IMG/VR virus record: IMGVR_UViG_2838114448_000001
DNA: 64,000 nt
Reading direction: 5' to 3' (one strand)
From: a virus
Part shown: positions 39,091-48,885 of the stretch, piece by piece
Layout of the letters: each line of letters starts with the position of its first letter
Position numbering within the stretch: the stretch's first letter is position 1
The notes under the pieces: generated by a model
What the model was told of the DNA's origin: nothing
The model's input: the letters and a program-made list of their open reading frames with translations, nothing else
Database searches by the model: none
Program-made: the position numbers and the translations under genes

Positions 39091-39707
39091 TCCTCGCCCT
39101 CCCGACGACTGTCGGCGGACACCGGATCCGGGCCGGGCAGGGGGCCGAAGGCTGGCTTCGCGGCCTGCTTGGCGCGGATCCGGTCGATCTTTCCCCAGAC
39201 GCGCGTCAGCTCCGTCACGCCGCAGGTGTGCATACACACGTCGTGCGCCAGGCAGAGAGACGCGAGCGTGACCATCACGCCGCCGATCTCCTGCTCCAGC
39301 TCGCCGACCGGGCGGCCGAACACATAGTCCACGAGCTGATGCGCCTCGGTCGCCGTGCAGCCGGCCGCCTGAACCAACTCCAAAGCCTCTTCGAGGAACC
39401 TGTGGTTCCGCTCCGTTCGATCGTTGGCGATCTCCTTTCCAAAGCACGCCTCAACCCAGGGGGCGACCGCGCCCTGGAACAGCAGGGTCTGAATTTCGCA
39501 GGAGACCGGGACCGAGGTGATCGACCAGCGATCGCTACACCCGAGAAAATCGCCGTTCGTCGGCTTAGGCCCTTCGTTCCAGTCCCAGTCACTCTTGAGG
39601 CGTTCGTGGACCCACTCACGTGCGGCGGCCTCATGAAAGAAGCCGTGGTTTTCGACCTCGCCCGGCATCGTCGACCGGATGGACGCCAGATACATGACGT
39701 CGTTCAT
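39087..39707 (-). CDS. MazG-like (all-alpha NTP pyrophosphohydrolase-like) phage protein
   Basis: ERNHRFLEEALELVQA...QEIGGVMVTL. Confidence 0.6.
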   Translation of the reverse strand: MNDVMYLASIRSTMPGEVENHGFFHEAAAREWVHERLKSDWDWNEGPKPTNGDFLGCSDRWSITSVPVSCEIQTLLFQGAVAPWVEACFGKEIANDRTERNHRFLEEALELVQAAGCTATEAHQLVDYVFGRPVGELEQEIGGVMVTLASLCLAHDVCMHTCGVTELTRVWGKIDRIRAKQAAKPAFGPLPGPDPVSADSRREGEE

Positions 39708-40141
39708 GACGTTTCTCCTCGCAGCTTCGCGAACGCGAATTGCAGCGTCTTGCTGGGGTCGTCGATGTTCAGATTCTCGCGCAAGATGTTTGGTGTGACG
39801 CGGCTCATGCCTGACACGCTGTGTCCGCACTGTCCGCACGATGCCAAAAACTCCACCGCCTTCGCCTCGTCGGGCGTCAGCAGCACGCCGGGCTTCTCCG
39901 TCTCGACGATCGTCCAATTCTCTTCAGGGTCCGCGTTGTCGCCCCAAAAGAAGGCGATCGGGTTCTCGCCGGCGCGTAGCCGATCCTGAAGCCCAGGATC
40001 ATGCGCGGCGAGTTTCGTGAGAGTCCTGCGCACGAACGTGCGCAGGAAGTCCTCGGCCTCCTGGCGGGTCGTGAAAGACGCAGCGAGGGGGCGGGCGTCG
40101 TCAGTGTTCGCCGTCTCAATGATGGCTGTGTAGATTTTCAT
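39704..40141 (-). CDS. Hypothetical protein
   Basis: 145 aa ORF. Confidence 0.6.
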   Translation of the reverse strand: MKIYTAIIETANTDDARPLAASFTTRQEAEDFLRTFVRRTLTKLAAHDPGLQDRLRAGENPIAFFWGDNADPEENWTIVETEKPGVLLTPDEAKAVEFLASCGQCGHSVSGMSRVTPNILRENLNIDDPSKTLQFAFAKLRGETS

Positions 40142-40335
40142 CGTGCTTTCGCCTTTTTCGCTTTGTCGCGCATTCGCGCATTCGCGATTTTCTGACTCTA
40201 GCGAACGCGCGACGGCGTAGCGAATGGGTTCTTGACCCTTGATGCTCGTGATTGGGTGTATGTGCCGACCAACTCCACCTTCCCGGCACAGGAAGCAATC
40301 GCGAAATACCCTCGTATTCGGCGTTTCGCGAACAG

Positions 40336-40671
40336 TTAGTCGCCTTTTTCGGCGTTCGGATCCAACGCAGGCAGTCCAGTGAACGACACCGTGATGCCCT
40401 GGGCGAGGGCCTTCTGGAGTTCTCCGTCAAGGCGCCTCTGAAGTAAGTGAAGCGCCTTATCCACGGCCTTCTTCACAGAGATGCCATCCCCAGCCGTAAC
40501 CTTGGCGTACAGCTCGTCCGCCAGTCGCTGAATGACCTGGTTTTTGATCTCTGACCGGATCTGGTTGGGATCGATACCTTTCAATGCCTGTTGAATGAGT
40601 GTCTGAGTCACCCGGTCAGAGGCGCGCCGGATGATCATCTCGCGCTCTTGCGGTGTCAGTTCGACGTTCAT
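40336..40671 (-). CDS. Hypothetical protein
   Basis: 111 aa ORF. Confidence 0.55.
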   Translation of the reverse strand: MNVELTPQEREMIIRRASDRVTQTLIQQALKGIDPNQIRSEIKNQVIQRLADELYAKVTAGDGISVKKAVDKALHLLQRRLDGELQKALAQGITVSFTGLPALDPNAEKGD

Positions 40672-40683
40672 CGTTGTGCGCCT

Positions 40684-41802
40684 TCAACCCTTGATGTTGA
40701 TGACCGGACGTATGTGTCGCTCAATGGCGACCAGTTCCGTCTGCATACGCATCACGTCGAAGGGGTTCTTGTAGGCATCAGGACTCTCGTCGAGCGTTTC
40801 CTCGACGACACGCGCGGCGATCCCCGTCATGCTCTCGCGGAAGGTTTCCATCGAGAGCGTTTCGCGAGCGGCCCGGCGACCAAGAACGCGCCCGGCGCCG
40901 TGCGACGAAGACCACAGGCTCTCCGGGTTGCCCAGCCCGCGCACAATGAAGCTGCCGTCCCGCATGTTGCCGGGGATGACGCCCAGCATGTCCTCTTCGG
41001 CGTGGGTCGCGCCCTTTCGATGAATCCAAAGCCCGTCGCGCTCGACGACGTGGTTATGGTTGCGATTGATCACGTCGGTCATCGCGGCCGGGCCACCCTG
41101 ATCCAGTCGCTCATGCAGACACCGGATCACGCGGCTCAAGATGCTCATGCGGTTCACGAGTGCGAACTCCTGACAGAAGAAGGTATCCGTCAGGTACTGC
41201 TTGCCGTCGCCACCAGGGACGTCGGTACGAAGACCGAAATGCCCCTCGCGCGCCTTGCCATCGCCGGACGCGACCTTCATCCAATGCGTCGCGACCTTGT
41301 GTCCAAGATTCCGCGACCCGGAATGAATGACCACCCATACCTGGTCCACTTCGTCCAGACCGATCTCGATAAAGTGGTTTCCGCCGCCCAGCGTCCCGAG
41401 CTGACACCAAGCGCCGGCATCGAGCTGGTCCTGGATCACCCACGAGCGGTCGAGAAGACACAGGCTCGATGCCGGAAAACCGTTCGCGTTGTGTTTGAAG
41501 CCAACCGGCACGGCTACGTAGATGTCATTCAGCAGAGCGTGCGCCTTGGCGCGCAGCTCGTCGGGATCGACGCCGACGAAGGGCAGGGCACACATGCCGC
41601 ACCCAATGTCGTAGCCGACCCAGGCCGGCACTACGACGTCCTGGGTCGCTACGACCGCGCCGATCGGCAGGGCGTAGCCCTTGTGCGCGTCCGGCATAAG
41701 GGCACCCTTCACGCTGAAGTCGCACTTCAGCGCCTCGTGAAACTGATGAATGGCGGCGGGGTCGATGTTCTCTTCGCCGTAGATTTTGATCGGCTTGCTC
41801 AT
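40684..41802 (-). CDS. rtcB: RtcB family RNA ligase
   Basis: MPDAH.G, DIGCG, GTLGGGNHFIE, HSGSR, HRKGAT, HGAGR and DESP.AYK motifs. Confidence 0.95.
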   Translation of the reverse strand: MSKPIKIYGEENIDPAAIHQFHEALKCDFSVKGALMPDAHKGYALPIGAVVATQDVVVPAWVGYDIGCGMCALPFVGVDPDELRAKAHALLNDIYVAVPVGFKHNANGFPASSLCLLDRSWVIQDQLDAGAWCQLGTLGGGNHFIEIGLDEVDQVWVVIHSGSRNLGHKVATHWMKVASGDGKAREGHFGLRTDVPGGDGKQYLTDTFFCQEFALVNRMSILSRVIRCLHERLDQGGPAAMTDVINRNHNHVVERDGLWIHRKGATHAEEDMLGVIPGNMRDGSFIVRGLGNPESLWSSSHGAGRVLGRRAARETLSMETFRESMTGIAARVVEETLDESPDAYKNPFDVMRMQTELVAIERHIRPVINIKG

Positions 41803-42641
41803 TCCGCCGCCTCCGCGTAGGCGGGCGAGCGCGCCGCGTCACAGGCGGCGGACGTCAGACCGCGCCGACCCATGTGATTGCACAGGATCGCGCGGTCCTC
41901 ATCGCTCAGCGCCACGATCGCATTGTCCGTCGGCGGCACACCGAACAGGTCGATCTCGATGCTCTTCACCTCGGGCCAGGCGGCCAGCATGTCGCCGTAG
42001 GTCTTGGCGGCCGTGATCATCTTGGCGGCGGCCCGGAGGAGCTTACCCTCAGCGATCGCCAGGGCATGACCGGCCTCGTACATCGCACGCGCCTTGACCC
42101 AGACGTCTTCGTTCCACCACTCCGCGTCGCCAAAATACATTTCAGGCTCGCGCGACACCTTGGTGTTGATCGGCACCAGACGGCTCTCACCGTCTAGGAA
42201 CTTTACGACAAAGCGATACTTCTTGCGGGCCTCGATCATCTCGTCGTCCGATTGCCGCGACGCCCAATATGAAATCTCAGCGCCGACGCCATTGGACGTT
42301 TTGGAATACGTATCCACCGACGTCGGCTTGATCGTCTTAAGTTCGTCGCGAGTGATCGTTTTGCCGTCCACAACGAACTTTTTGGTACCCACCTTCACCC
42401 GGATACCGCAGAACGTGACGGCCGTCACAGGCGCAACCAGTTTGAACTTTTCCAACACCTGCATCTCGGCCGTCGAGCGATCATCAAGCTGCTTCATGAT
42501 GGCAGCAACCGCCGCGCTCTGCGCGGCGAGATACGCCTGACGCAGGTCCGGCTCGATCAGCGTGGCCTTCGCCAACTGGAACATTTGGGAGCGGTGCTTT
42601 TGCGTGAGCTTGCGGCTTTCAAGTTTGACGGTCTGCGCCAT
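41799..42641 (-). CDS. Nmad5-like (nucleotide modification associated) protein
   Basis: C-terminal AKTY..M..AWPE signature; start at MAQTVK. Confidence 0.55.
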   Translation of the reverse strand: MAQTVKLESRKLTQKHRSQMFQLAKATLIEPDLRQAYLAAQSAAVAAIMKQLDDRSTAEMQVLEKFKLVAPVTAVTFCGIRVKVGTKKFVVDGKTITRDELKTIKPTSVDTYSKTSNGVGAEISYWASRQSDDEMIEARKKYRFVVKFLDGESRLVPINTKVSREPEMYFGDAEWWNEDVWVKARAMYEAGHALAIAEGKLLRAAAKMITAAKTYGDMLAAWPEVKSIEIDLFGVPPTDNAIVALSDEDRAILCNHMGRRGLTSAACDAARSPAYAEAAE

Positions 42642-42746
42642 GCGACGATCTCCTTCGGTATGTGTGCAGCGTCGTGTCGCTGCTGATTTATACATAGCAG
42701 CGACACGACGGAGATACATCAATTTTGATTGACCGCCCAATGGAAA

Positions 42747-43370
42747 TTAGTGCAGCGACGTTCCCGCGCGCTGTTTCTCCAACGACGCGAGACGCTCCTG
42801 AACCATGCCCACCGCATACTGCAAGCGACGGTCATGGTCCGTGACCGCGGCATCCATGCCGACAATGTGTCCGCACTTGGACACACAGCGCATGGCCAAA
42901 CCGCTGACCAGCGCGTCGATCTGGAGCTGATAGGCGCGGTTCTCCGGCGGCTTGCCCTCGGCGGCGTCGTAGAGGATTAGGGGAGGGACCACCAGAATGG
43001 AGGCGAACTGACTGACCGCCATTTGCAGACAGATGGACACGAAGTCGGCGATCTCGTCCGGATCGACCGACGGATCCGCGAACATGCTGGTCTCGGCCAG
43101 CATGTAAGCGGCGATGTCCAAGGGCGTTCGATCCGTCACGAAGGGCCGGAGGCCAGGCCCAAGAACCTTGCTTGCATAGAGACCCAGATACATCTTCTGG
43201 ACCTCCAGGCGCTTGCGCAGGCTCATCGGCGCCACCGGGTCGATGCCCAAATCCTTGAACTCGGCCGTCAAGGAACTGGACACATAGGGGATGCCCATCG
43301 TCTCGCTGATGGCCTTGGCCAGCGTGGTCTTGCCGCTGCGATGCGCGCCCGCCAATCCGAACGCCATCAT
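42747..43370 (-). CDS. P-loop nucleotide kinase/ATPase (AAA_28/NadR-like)
   Basis: GAHRSGKTTL and DRTPLD.AAY motifs. Confidence 0.8.
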   Translation of the reverse strand: MMAFGLAGAHRSGKTTLAKAISETMGIPYVSSSLTAEFKDLGIDPVAPMSLRKRLEVQKMYLGLYASKVLGPGLRPFVTDRTPLDIAAYMLAETSMFADPSVDPDEIADFVSICLQMAVSQFASILVVPPLILYDAAEGKPPENRAYQLQIDALVSGLAMRCVSKCGHIVGMDAAVTDHDRRLQYAVGMVQERLASLEKQRAGTSLH

Positions 43371-43810
43371 GTCGCTCCCGTCGAGCCGAAGCCACCGACA
43401 CCGCGCCCTGTCTCCGGCAGCGCGTCAACATACTCCGGCGCCGGCCGCGCGATCTTCTCGATGACGAGCTGAGCGATCCGATCACCATGCTCGACCGTGA
43501 ACGGAATACGGCTGGTGTTGAGCAGGATCACGCCGATCTCGCCGCGATAGTCCTCGTCGATGACGCCGGCCAGCACGTCGATGCCGTACTTGAGCGCCAA
43601 GCCGGAACGCGGTGCGATCCGACCGTAGTGCCCCGGCGGAATAGCGACGGCGAGGCCGGTCTTGATCAGACGCCGCTCGCCCGGCGCCAGCGTCGTCATC
43701 ATTGGATCGTTTTTGTGCAGATCGGCGCGAAGATCGAGGCCGGCGGCATATGCGCTGCCGTAAACCGGCGGCTCCGCGTACTCATTCAGGAGTTGAATGG
43801 GCAATTCCAT
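43367..43810 (-). CDS. dut: dUTPase
   Basis: AGLDL, PRSGLA, GVIDEDYRG, RIAQL and RG.GGFGSTG motifs. Confidence 0.96.
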   Translation of the reverse strand: MELPIQLLNEYAEPPVYGSAYAAGLDLRADLHKNDPMMTTLAPGERRLIKTGLAVAIPPGHYGRIAPRSGLALKYGIDVLAGVIDEDYRGEIGVILLNTSRIPFTVEHGDRIAQLVIEKIARPAPEYVDALPETGRGVGGFGSTGAT

Positions 43811-43837
43811 GATGGTCTCCCTACCAAGTGTTCTGGT

Positions 43838-44044
43838 TTAGCCGTTGTCGATGGCGTGCATGACCCATGCAAGCAGCCCCAAAACAAGAGTGAATGGGCC
43901 GAAAATGACGTCGAACGTACAGGGTCTGGGCACGCCTGCGGCGAGAAGTCGCCTGCCGAAAAAGCGACGGCACAAGATGACGCCCAGAGTGCCTGAGCCG
44001 CCCCAGAGGAGACCGTAAGCAAGTCCAAAAAGAAAAGACATCAT
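43838..44044 (-). CDS. Small membrane protein, diverged duplicate of 44080-44301
   Basis: Similar hydrophobic pattern; shared 19-bp downstream repeat. Confidence 0.5.
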   Translation of the reverse strand: MMSFLFGLAYGLLWGGSGTLGVILCRRFFGRRLLAAGVPRPCTFDVIFGPFTLVLGLLAWVMHAIDNG

Positions 44045-44079
44045 CCTACACCTCTATTAGTATGTTTATGATGGTCTCC

Positions 44080-44301
44080 CTACCAAATGATCTTCTGTTG
44101 GTTCTGGTTGATGGTGTGTGCGCCCCATGCGTAAAGCCCGAGAGCCAGAACAAGCACGCCGAAGATCGAGCCGATCGCAATGGCGGCCGGCAGATCGCCG
44201 ACACGGAACCGCCCGTCGAAGAAGCGAAAGCACAGGGCCACGCCCGTGATGCCCAGGATGATCCAGACGAACGCGCCGCCGAAGCCCATGAGAATGGTCA
44301 T
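44080..44301 (-). CDS. Small membrane protein
   Basis: Start at MTILMG; two hydrophobic helices. Confidence 0.55.
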   Translation of the reverse strand: MTILMGFGGAFVWIILGITGVALCFRFFDGRFRVGDLPAAIAIGSIFGVLVLALGLYAWGAHTINQNQQKIIW

Positions 44302-44303
44302 GA

Positions 44304-45248
44304 TCACACCTTGATGTGCGTGTTGGTGACGCTCTCGATGCCGTCGTGGTCGACGAAGATCGAGGTGTCGGCGAAGCTGATCGGCGCCAGGGTTTTCAAC
44401 TCGCGCGCCAGCGAAACCGCGAGACGGCGAATTTCGAGATCGGCGTGCATGTTGCCGCGCTGCTCGATGACGTTGCGCGCGGCGCGCATATTCATGGTGA
44501 ACACGAGCCGCGTTTCGGTCGCCTGCGGAAGCTGGAACCGAGCCGCCTCGTTGGCGCGCTTCTTGGCGAGCGTCGACGACAGCCCCAGCGTGTCGTTGGT
44601 CCATGCCTTCAGCCGCTGCTGCCACTTGTTGTAAACGTCGATCTGTGCGGCGAAATCGTCGTGGAACTCCGTGAGCAGATCGTGCCCGCGGATCGCTTCG
44701 AAATCGGCCGCGCCTTCCTCGCGCCGGGTCAGCTCCAGCAGCAGCGGCGGCACGACGCAACGGCTCGCACGATAACCCACGACCGCGATCTCGCCGCCGT
44801 CCGCCGTCACAAACCGCTGGCTCTCCTGCGACGGATTGGTGCCGGCGTGATGACGGATCAGCTCGTGCGTCAGCGCGCGCGACACGCCGGTCATGATGAA
44901 GCTGATGTTGGCGTGGGCCAGCACGCTGCCGTGCTTCTCCGCGATCACATTGGCGATGTACTCCTCCGTCGGGCGACCCTGGCCCCAGGCCCGGTAACAG
45001 AAGCGGCCGGCGAACTCCGCCAGCAGATCGGTATCCTGGTAGTGATGTCGCGGATCGTCGACGCTGAATTCGGCAGCATTCGCCGGCTTGCGCGTTCCTT
45101 CGATCGCCTCGCACAGACGCCGGATCGGTGTATCGCCCTCCATCAGCGGATCGAGACCGTGATCCCCAATGAAGTCGCCCAGGGTCTCGTAGTCGATCAT
45201 CGGTACCGCGATCGGCTTAATCCAGGGCTGGAACACAAGATCAACCAT
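44304..45248 (-). CDS. thyX: FAD-dependent thymidylate synthase
   Basis: H.SVL.H, SRALTHELIRH, SQESQRF and EAARF.LP motifs. Confidence 0.93.
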   Translation of the reverse strand: MVDLVFQPWIKPIAVPMIDYETLGDFIGDHGLDPLMEGDTPIRRLCEAIEGTRKPANAAEFSVDDPRHHYQDTDLLAEFAGRFCYRAWGQGRPTEEYIANVIAEKHGSVLAHANISFIMTGVSRALTHELIRHHAGTNPSQESQRFVTADGGEIAVVGYRASRCVVPPLLLELTRREEGAADFEAIRGHDLLTEFHDDFAAQIDVYNKWQQRLKAWTNDTLGLSSTLAKKRANEAARFQLPQATETRLVFTMNMRAARNVIEQRGNMHADLEIRRLAVSLARELKTLAPISFADTSIFVDHDGIESVTNTHIKV

Positions 45249-45816
45249 GCTTCTTGTCCTTCGGTCGATTGATGGGTTGGTAGAGGGTTGGACCGTCGTA
45301 ACCGCGCTCCCACACGGTCCAGCAGACCTCCATCGTGGGGCTTTTCAGTCCCTGGAAGTCGGGGCGCCAGAGCAGCGGGTAGACGATCTTGGGCTGCCAC
45401 AGGCTCCACAGCGCCTGACGACGCGCGGCGTGCCAGTAGGTGCCCTTCAGCACGAGACACAGCTTGGTGCAGCGCAGGGCGTGGGCCTGGCGCACGAACT
45501 CAGCCGCGAATTTGAAGGGTGGATTGGTGACGATCGCGACGGTTTCGGGCAGCGTGCCCCTCACCGTCAGAAAATCCTGTCGTTTGGCATTGATCATCGC
45601 GCCGCGCGGCTCGATGTCCGATCCGATTGTCTTGAAGCCGAGGGCCTTGAACACATCAAGCATGGCCCCGTCACCACAGGCCGGGTCGTAGATGATGTTC
45701 GGCAGAGCCTCGACGGCCGGCAGGGCGCGCGTGACGTCCGGCGGGGTCGGGTAAAAGTCGTTCGGCACTCGGCCGCGCTTCGGATTTCCACCCGTCATTG
45801 CCGCACCAAGTCCCAT
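45241..45816 (-). CDS. Amino (N6-adenine/N4-cytosine) DNA methyltransferase
   Basis: DFYPTP, DPACGDG and TNPPF motifs. Confidence 0.85.
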   Translation of the reverse strand: MGLGAAMTGGNPKRGRVPNDFYPTPPDVTRALPAVEALPNIIYDPACGDGAMLDVFKALGFKTIGSDIEPRGAMINAKRQDFLTVRGTLPETVAIVTNPPFKFAAEFVRQAHALRCTKLCLVLKGTYWHAARRQALWSLWQPKIVYPLLWRPDFQGLKSPTMEVCWTVWERGYDGPTLYQPINRPKDKKHG

Positions 45817-45892
45817 GTTCGGTCTCCTGCGGGGAGCGTTGCCGCTCCCCGTGTTACATCAATTTTGACTTTTCGTTTCAGGCACGCGGAAT

Positions 45893-48742
45893 CTACGCCC
45901 CGAGACGCGCGGCCAGATCCTCGTAACCTCCGATCAGCACTTCACCCGTCGGCGTTCGCGCATAAACCTTCGGGAAGGTCCAGCCATCCGCCGGCACGCC
46001 GCGACGGATAAAGAACGCGCGCTGCACCTCGGCCGTCTTGATGGTCACGACCCCGTAAGACGCGCCGATGTCGTCCAGCAGCGCCTTGGCCTTGGTACAC
46101 CAGCCACACTCCGGCTTGGCATAGATCATGAACTCGACGTCCGCGGCGTCCGCAGCGGCGTCGATCAGCGACTGGTCTTTGAGGCCGCCCTCGATCTCGG
46201 CATCGGTGTTGAAATCCACGGGGCAGGCGCCCGAGGCGCAGTCCACATGTTCCAGGCCGACATCTTCCTGCATGGCGCGCTGGATCGCCTGGGCGATCAT
46301 CTCGAACTCGGCCTTCGTGACGGCCTGTTCCGGCTGGTATTCGAACGCGGTCGTGTCGATCTGCGGCATCACCGAGCAGCAGCGGATTTTGAACTGACCG
46401 TCCATCATCGTCGCCACGAACGTCTTGAAATCCGTCACGGCCGGCTCGTACTTGGCGGTGTAGCTGACCTGGTTGCCGCGATCGTCCGCCAGTACCTGCA
46501 TGGCCTCATCCACGCCCCGAATCCAGAACGTCTCCAGCAGGCGCAGGTAGCGGTACTGCTCCTCCATGCCGGCCTCACCGGCCGTAATCAGCTTGTCGCC
46601 CATACCAAGCTGGCAGATGGCCGGCTGCGTCGGAAATCCAACGACCGTGGTGCCCGAATAGGTGCGCAGCTCCCGCACCGGATAGCCACTTTTGCGGTAG
46701 GTCTCGACCAGCGGATCGTCGTTGCGGAACTGAACCCAGCGAAGATACTCGCGCATCGCGGGAAGGTGGGCGCCTTCCGTCAATCCAAAGAGCTTGCTCG
46801 TTGTGCCAGCAGGCTTGATGGTTCGCAATGTGTGCGGCGTGTTCACGCCGAGGCGTGCGCAATAGGCGTCCGCCTCGTCCTGAACGGCCCGCGCGAACCG
46901 CGCCAGCATCATCCACATCGGCAGCGCGTCCGGATGCGGGCGCACCATCGTCTGCCCGTTGGCGTCGATCATAGTCGCGCCAGACGGATCCTCCGCCACG
47001 ATGTCGCGGAAGCCGAGCCCGAAGCGTGCAAAGATCCACTCGTGCAGGCCGGTGATCCCGACGCCGATGCGATTGGTGCGCGCGACCTCGCGCCGGTACA
47101 GGCTGCGCATGGTGTTTGTGCGGATCAGGGCGCGGGTCGCCGTGCGAAAGGCGCTCTCCGCATCGGCGTCGCTCTGTGCGTGGAAGGGCACCACGTCGGC
47201 GATCACGCAATAGCCGCCGAGCATCAGCAGAGAGATTTCGCCGCAGGGATTGACGATGAACTTGTAGGGCATCGCCAGGACGCGCTTGGCCAGCTCGATC
47301 GCCAGGGGCCGGGTCGCCTCTTCCAGACCATCCTCGCCACCGAACGTGACGAACGAACCGTCCAGATACGCCTTCAAGCCATCATCGTTCCGGTTCAGCC
47401 GGTCCACCATGATCAGACCGGGCTCGCCGGTGCCGTCGAAGTACGATGCGGCCGCCAGCGCCATGAACACACGCCAAGCATGAGCTTCCAGGCCCGTGAT
47501 GGTCTTGTCCAAAACCGCCTTGCTGAGCCACATCTCGATGGAGTTGCTGAACTGCGGCCAATCGACCTGCCATTCGACCTCCAAAGCTTCGTCACCGAAC
47601 CCCTGTGTCCGCACCAGGGCCGCGACTTTCTCGACCGCGATGCGGAACTCGTCGTCGATGGTCACGCTGTTGTTGGCGCTCCACAGGAAGCCACCGCGCT
47701 TGACGCCGATGAACTCGACGACGGTCACGTCGCGCCAGGTCTTCGTTGCCATGCGCGCCGCGCGACGTGCGCCACCAACCAGCACACAGTCGGCCAAGTA
47801 GTGGTCGGCATACATCGCCGCGCGCCAGGTCGGCATACCGGCATCGCGCAGGCGCGCCATGTTCGAAACCGCCTGCATGAGCGGGCCGGGGCCGGACGCC
47901 GGACGGTTCTGCATCCCGCGGATCGGCTCGCCGTAGCCGCGCACGTCGGAGAAGTCCAGCAGCAGCACGACGTGACGCTTCTTCTGGAACGCCATGCGCT
48001 CGATGATCTCAATGGCGCGCGCCCAGCCCTCGCGACTGTCCGCGACGGTGTGCCGCTTGATGATCGAGCCGGCATACAGATGCTTAGCCTCGCGCCCCGT
48101 CAGATAGCCGGCGATCCGGCCCGACTGCACGTCGGCGTGTGTGTGGTCGATGACCGGCACCACGATCGGCATATCGTTCATGTCGGCCGCGGTGACGAGC
48201 GCGTCGTCGTAGCAGCCGCCGACACCGGAGCCATTCAACAGCAGCCGGAAATTCAGGCAGCGCATGACGGCGGTAGAACAGTTGGTAAACACCTCCTGCG
48301 GGCGGCCCGCCTGGGTCTCGTCGCCATGCTGAAGGTGCCGGCCGCTCATCAGCAGCGAGCCCTGCCGCAGATGGTGGCGCATCGACAGACGCTCGACCTC
48401 TTCGGTCGCGGCCTGATCGGTCGTGCGCAGCAGAGAGGTGTTGCCCAGAGCGACGCGATCCGCGACCTCAGCCCAGGTCTCCACGCGGGTTTCCGGCATC
48501 GCCGTCATGAACGCGGCGCTCGGGTCTTCAGTAATGGTGATGCCGCTGTACATGGCGGCCGACGTCATGCGCTGAAGCAGGGGGTCCTTCGGATTCAGGG
48601 CGACGGTGCTACCCAGACGGGCCTTGACGGCATCCGTGAACATGCGACGGTTCACGGTGCGATCAGCGACGGCCTGGCCCATTCCAGGAAAATAGTCGCG
48701 CGCCGGGGTCTCCAGCTCAACGACGGCGGTCACAGCGGACAT
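45893..48742 (-). CDS. nrdJ: Class II (B12-type) ribonucleotide reductase with a C-terminal glutaredoxin domain
   Basis: FTNC, NPCGEI, TIKPAGT, CASGACP; then CGWC...TFPKV..IGGYEDL; no small subunit nearby. Confidence 0.8.
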   Translation of the reverse strand: MSAVTAVVELETPARDYFPGMGQAVADRTVNRRMFTDAVKARLGSTVALNPKDPLLQRMTSAAMYSGITITEDPSAAFMTAMPETRVETWAEVADRVALGNTSLLRTTDQAATEEVERLSMRHHLRQGSLLMSGRHLQHGDETQAGRPQEVFTNCSTAVMRCLNFRLLLNGSGVGGCYDDALVTAADMNDMPIVVPVIDHTHADVQSGRIAGYLTGREAKHLYAGSIIKRHTVADSREGWARAIEIIERMAFQKKRHVVLLLDFSDVRGYGEPIRGMQNRPASGPGPLMQAVSNMARLRDAGMPTWRAAMYADHYLADCVLVGGARRAARMATKTWRDVTVVEFIGVKRGGFLWSANNSVTIDDEFRIAVEKVAALVRTQGFGDEALEVEWQVDWPQFSNSIEMWLSKAVLDKTITGLEAHAWRVFMALAAASYFDGTGEPGLIMVDRLNRNDDGLKAYLDGSFVTFGGEDGLEEATRPLAIELAKRVLAMPYKFIVNPCGEISLLMLGGYCVIADVVPFHAQSDADAESAFRTATRALIRTNTMRSLYRREVARTNRIGVGITGLHEWIFARFGLGFRDIVAEDPSGATMIDANGQTMVRPHPDALPMWMMLARFARAVQDEADAYCARLGVNTPHTLRTIKPAGTTSKLFGLTEGAHLPAMREYLRWVQFRNDDPLVETYRKSGYPVRELRTYSGTTVVGFPTQPAICQLGMGDKLITAGEAGMEEQYRYLRLLETFWIRGVDEAMQVLADDRGNQVSYTAKYEPAVTDFKTFVATMMDGQFKIRCCSVMPQIDTTAFEYQPEQAVTKAEFEMIAQAIQRAMQEDVGLEHVDCASGACPVDFNTDAEIEGGLKDQSLIDAAADAADVEFMIYAKPECGWCTKAKALLDDIGASYGVVTIKTAEVQRAFFIRRGVPADGWTFPKVYARTPTGEVLIGGYEDLAARLGA

Positions 48743-48885
48743 TCATTGTCTCCACATAGTCTGATCGGGGAAAGGCAACGATCTTAGATCAATCAATTCT
48801 GACTTACCAGTCTTGACGGAAGCTGTTGCCTCTGAAACCCATGCTCACACTACATATAGCGGGAATCGTTCAACGCTGCGCAGGG

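Noticed and set aside
46247..48787. 846-aa + strand ORF and similar long antisense ORFs (e.g. 53897-55789, 6889-8130)
   Set aside because: Shadow frames of high-GC genes on the opposite strand, with no motifs
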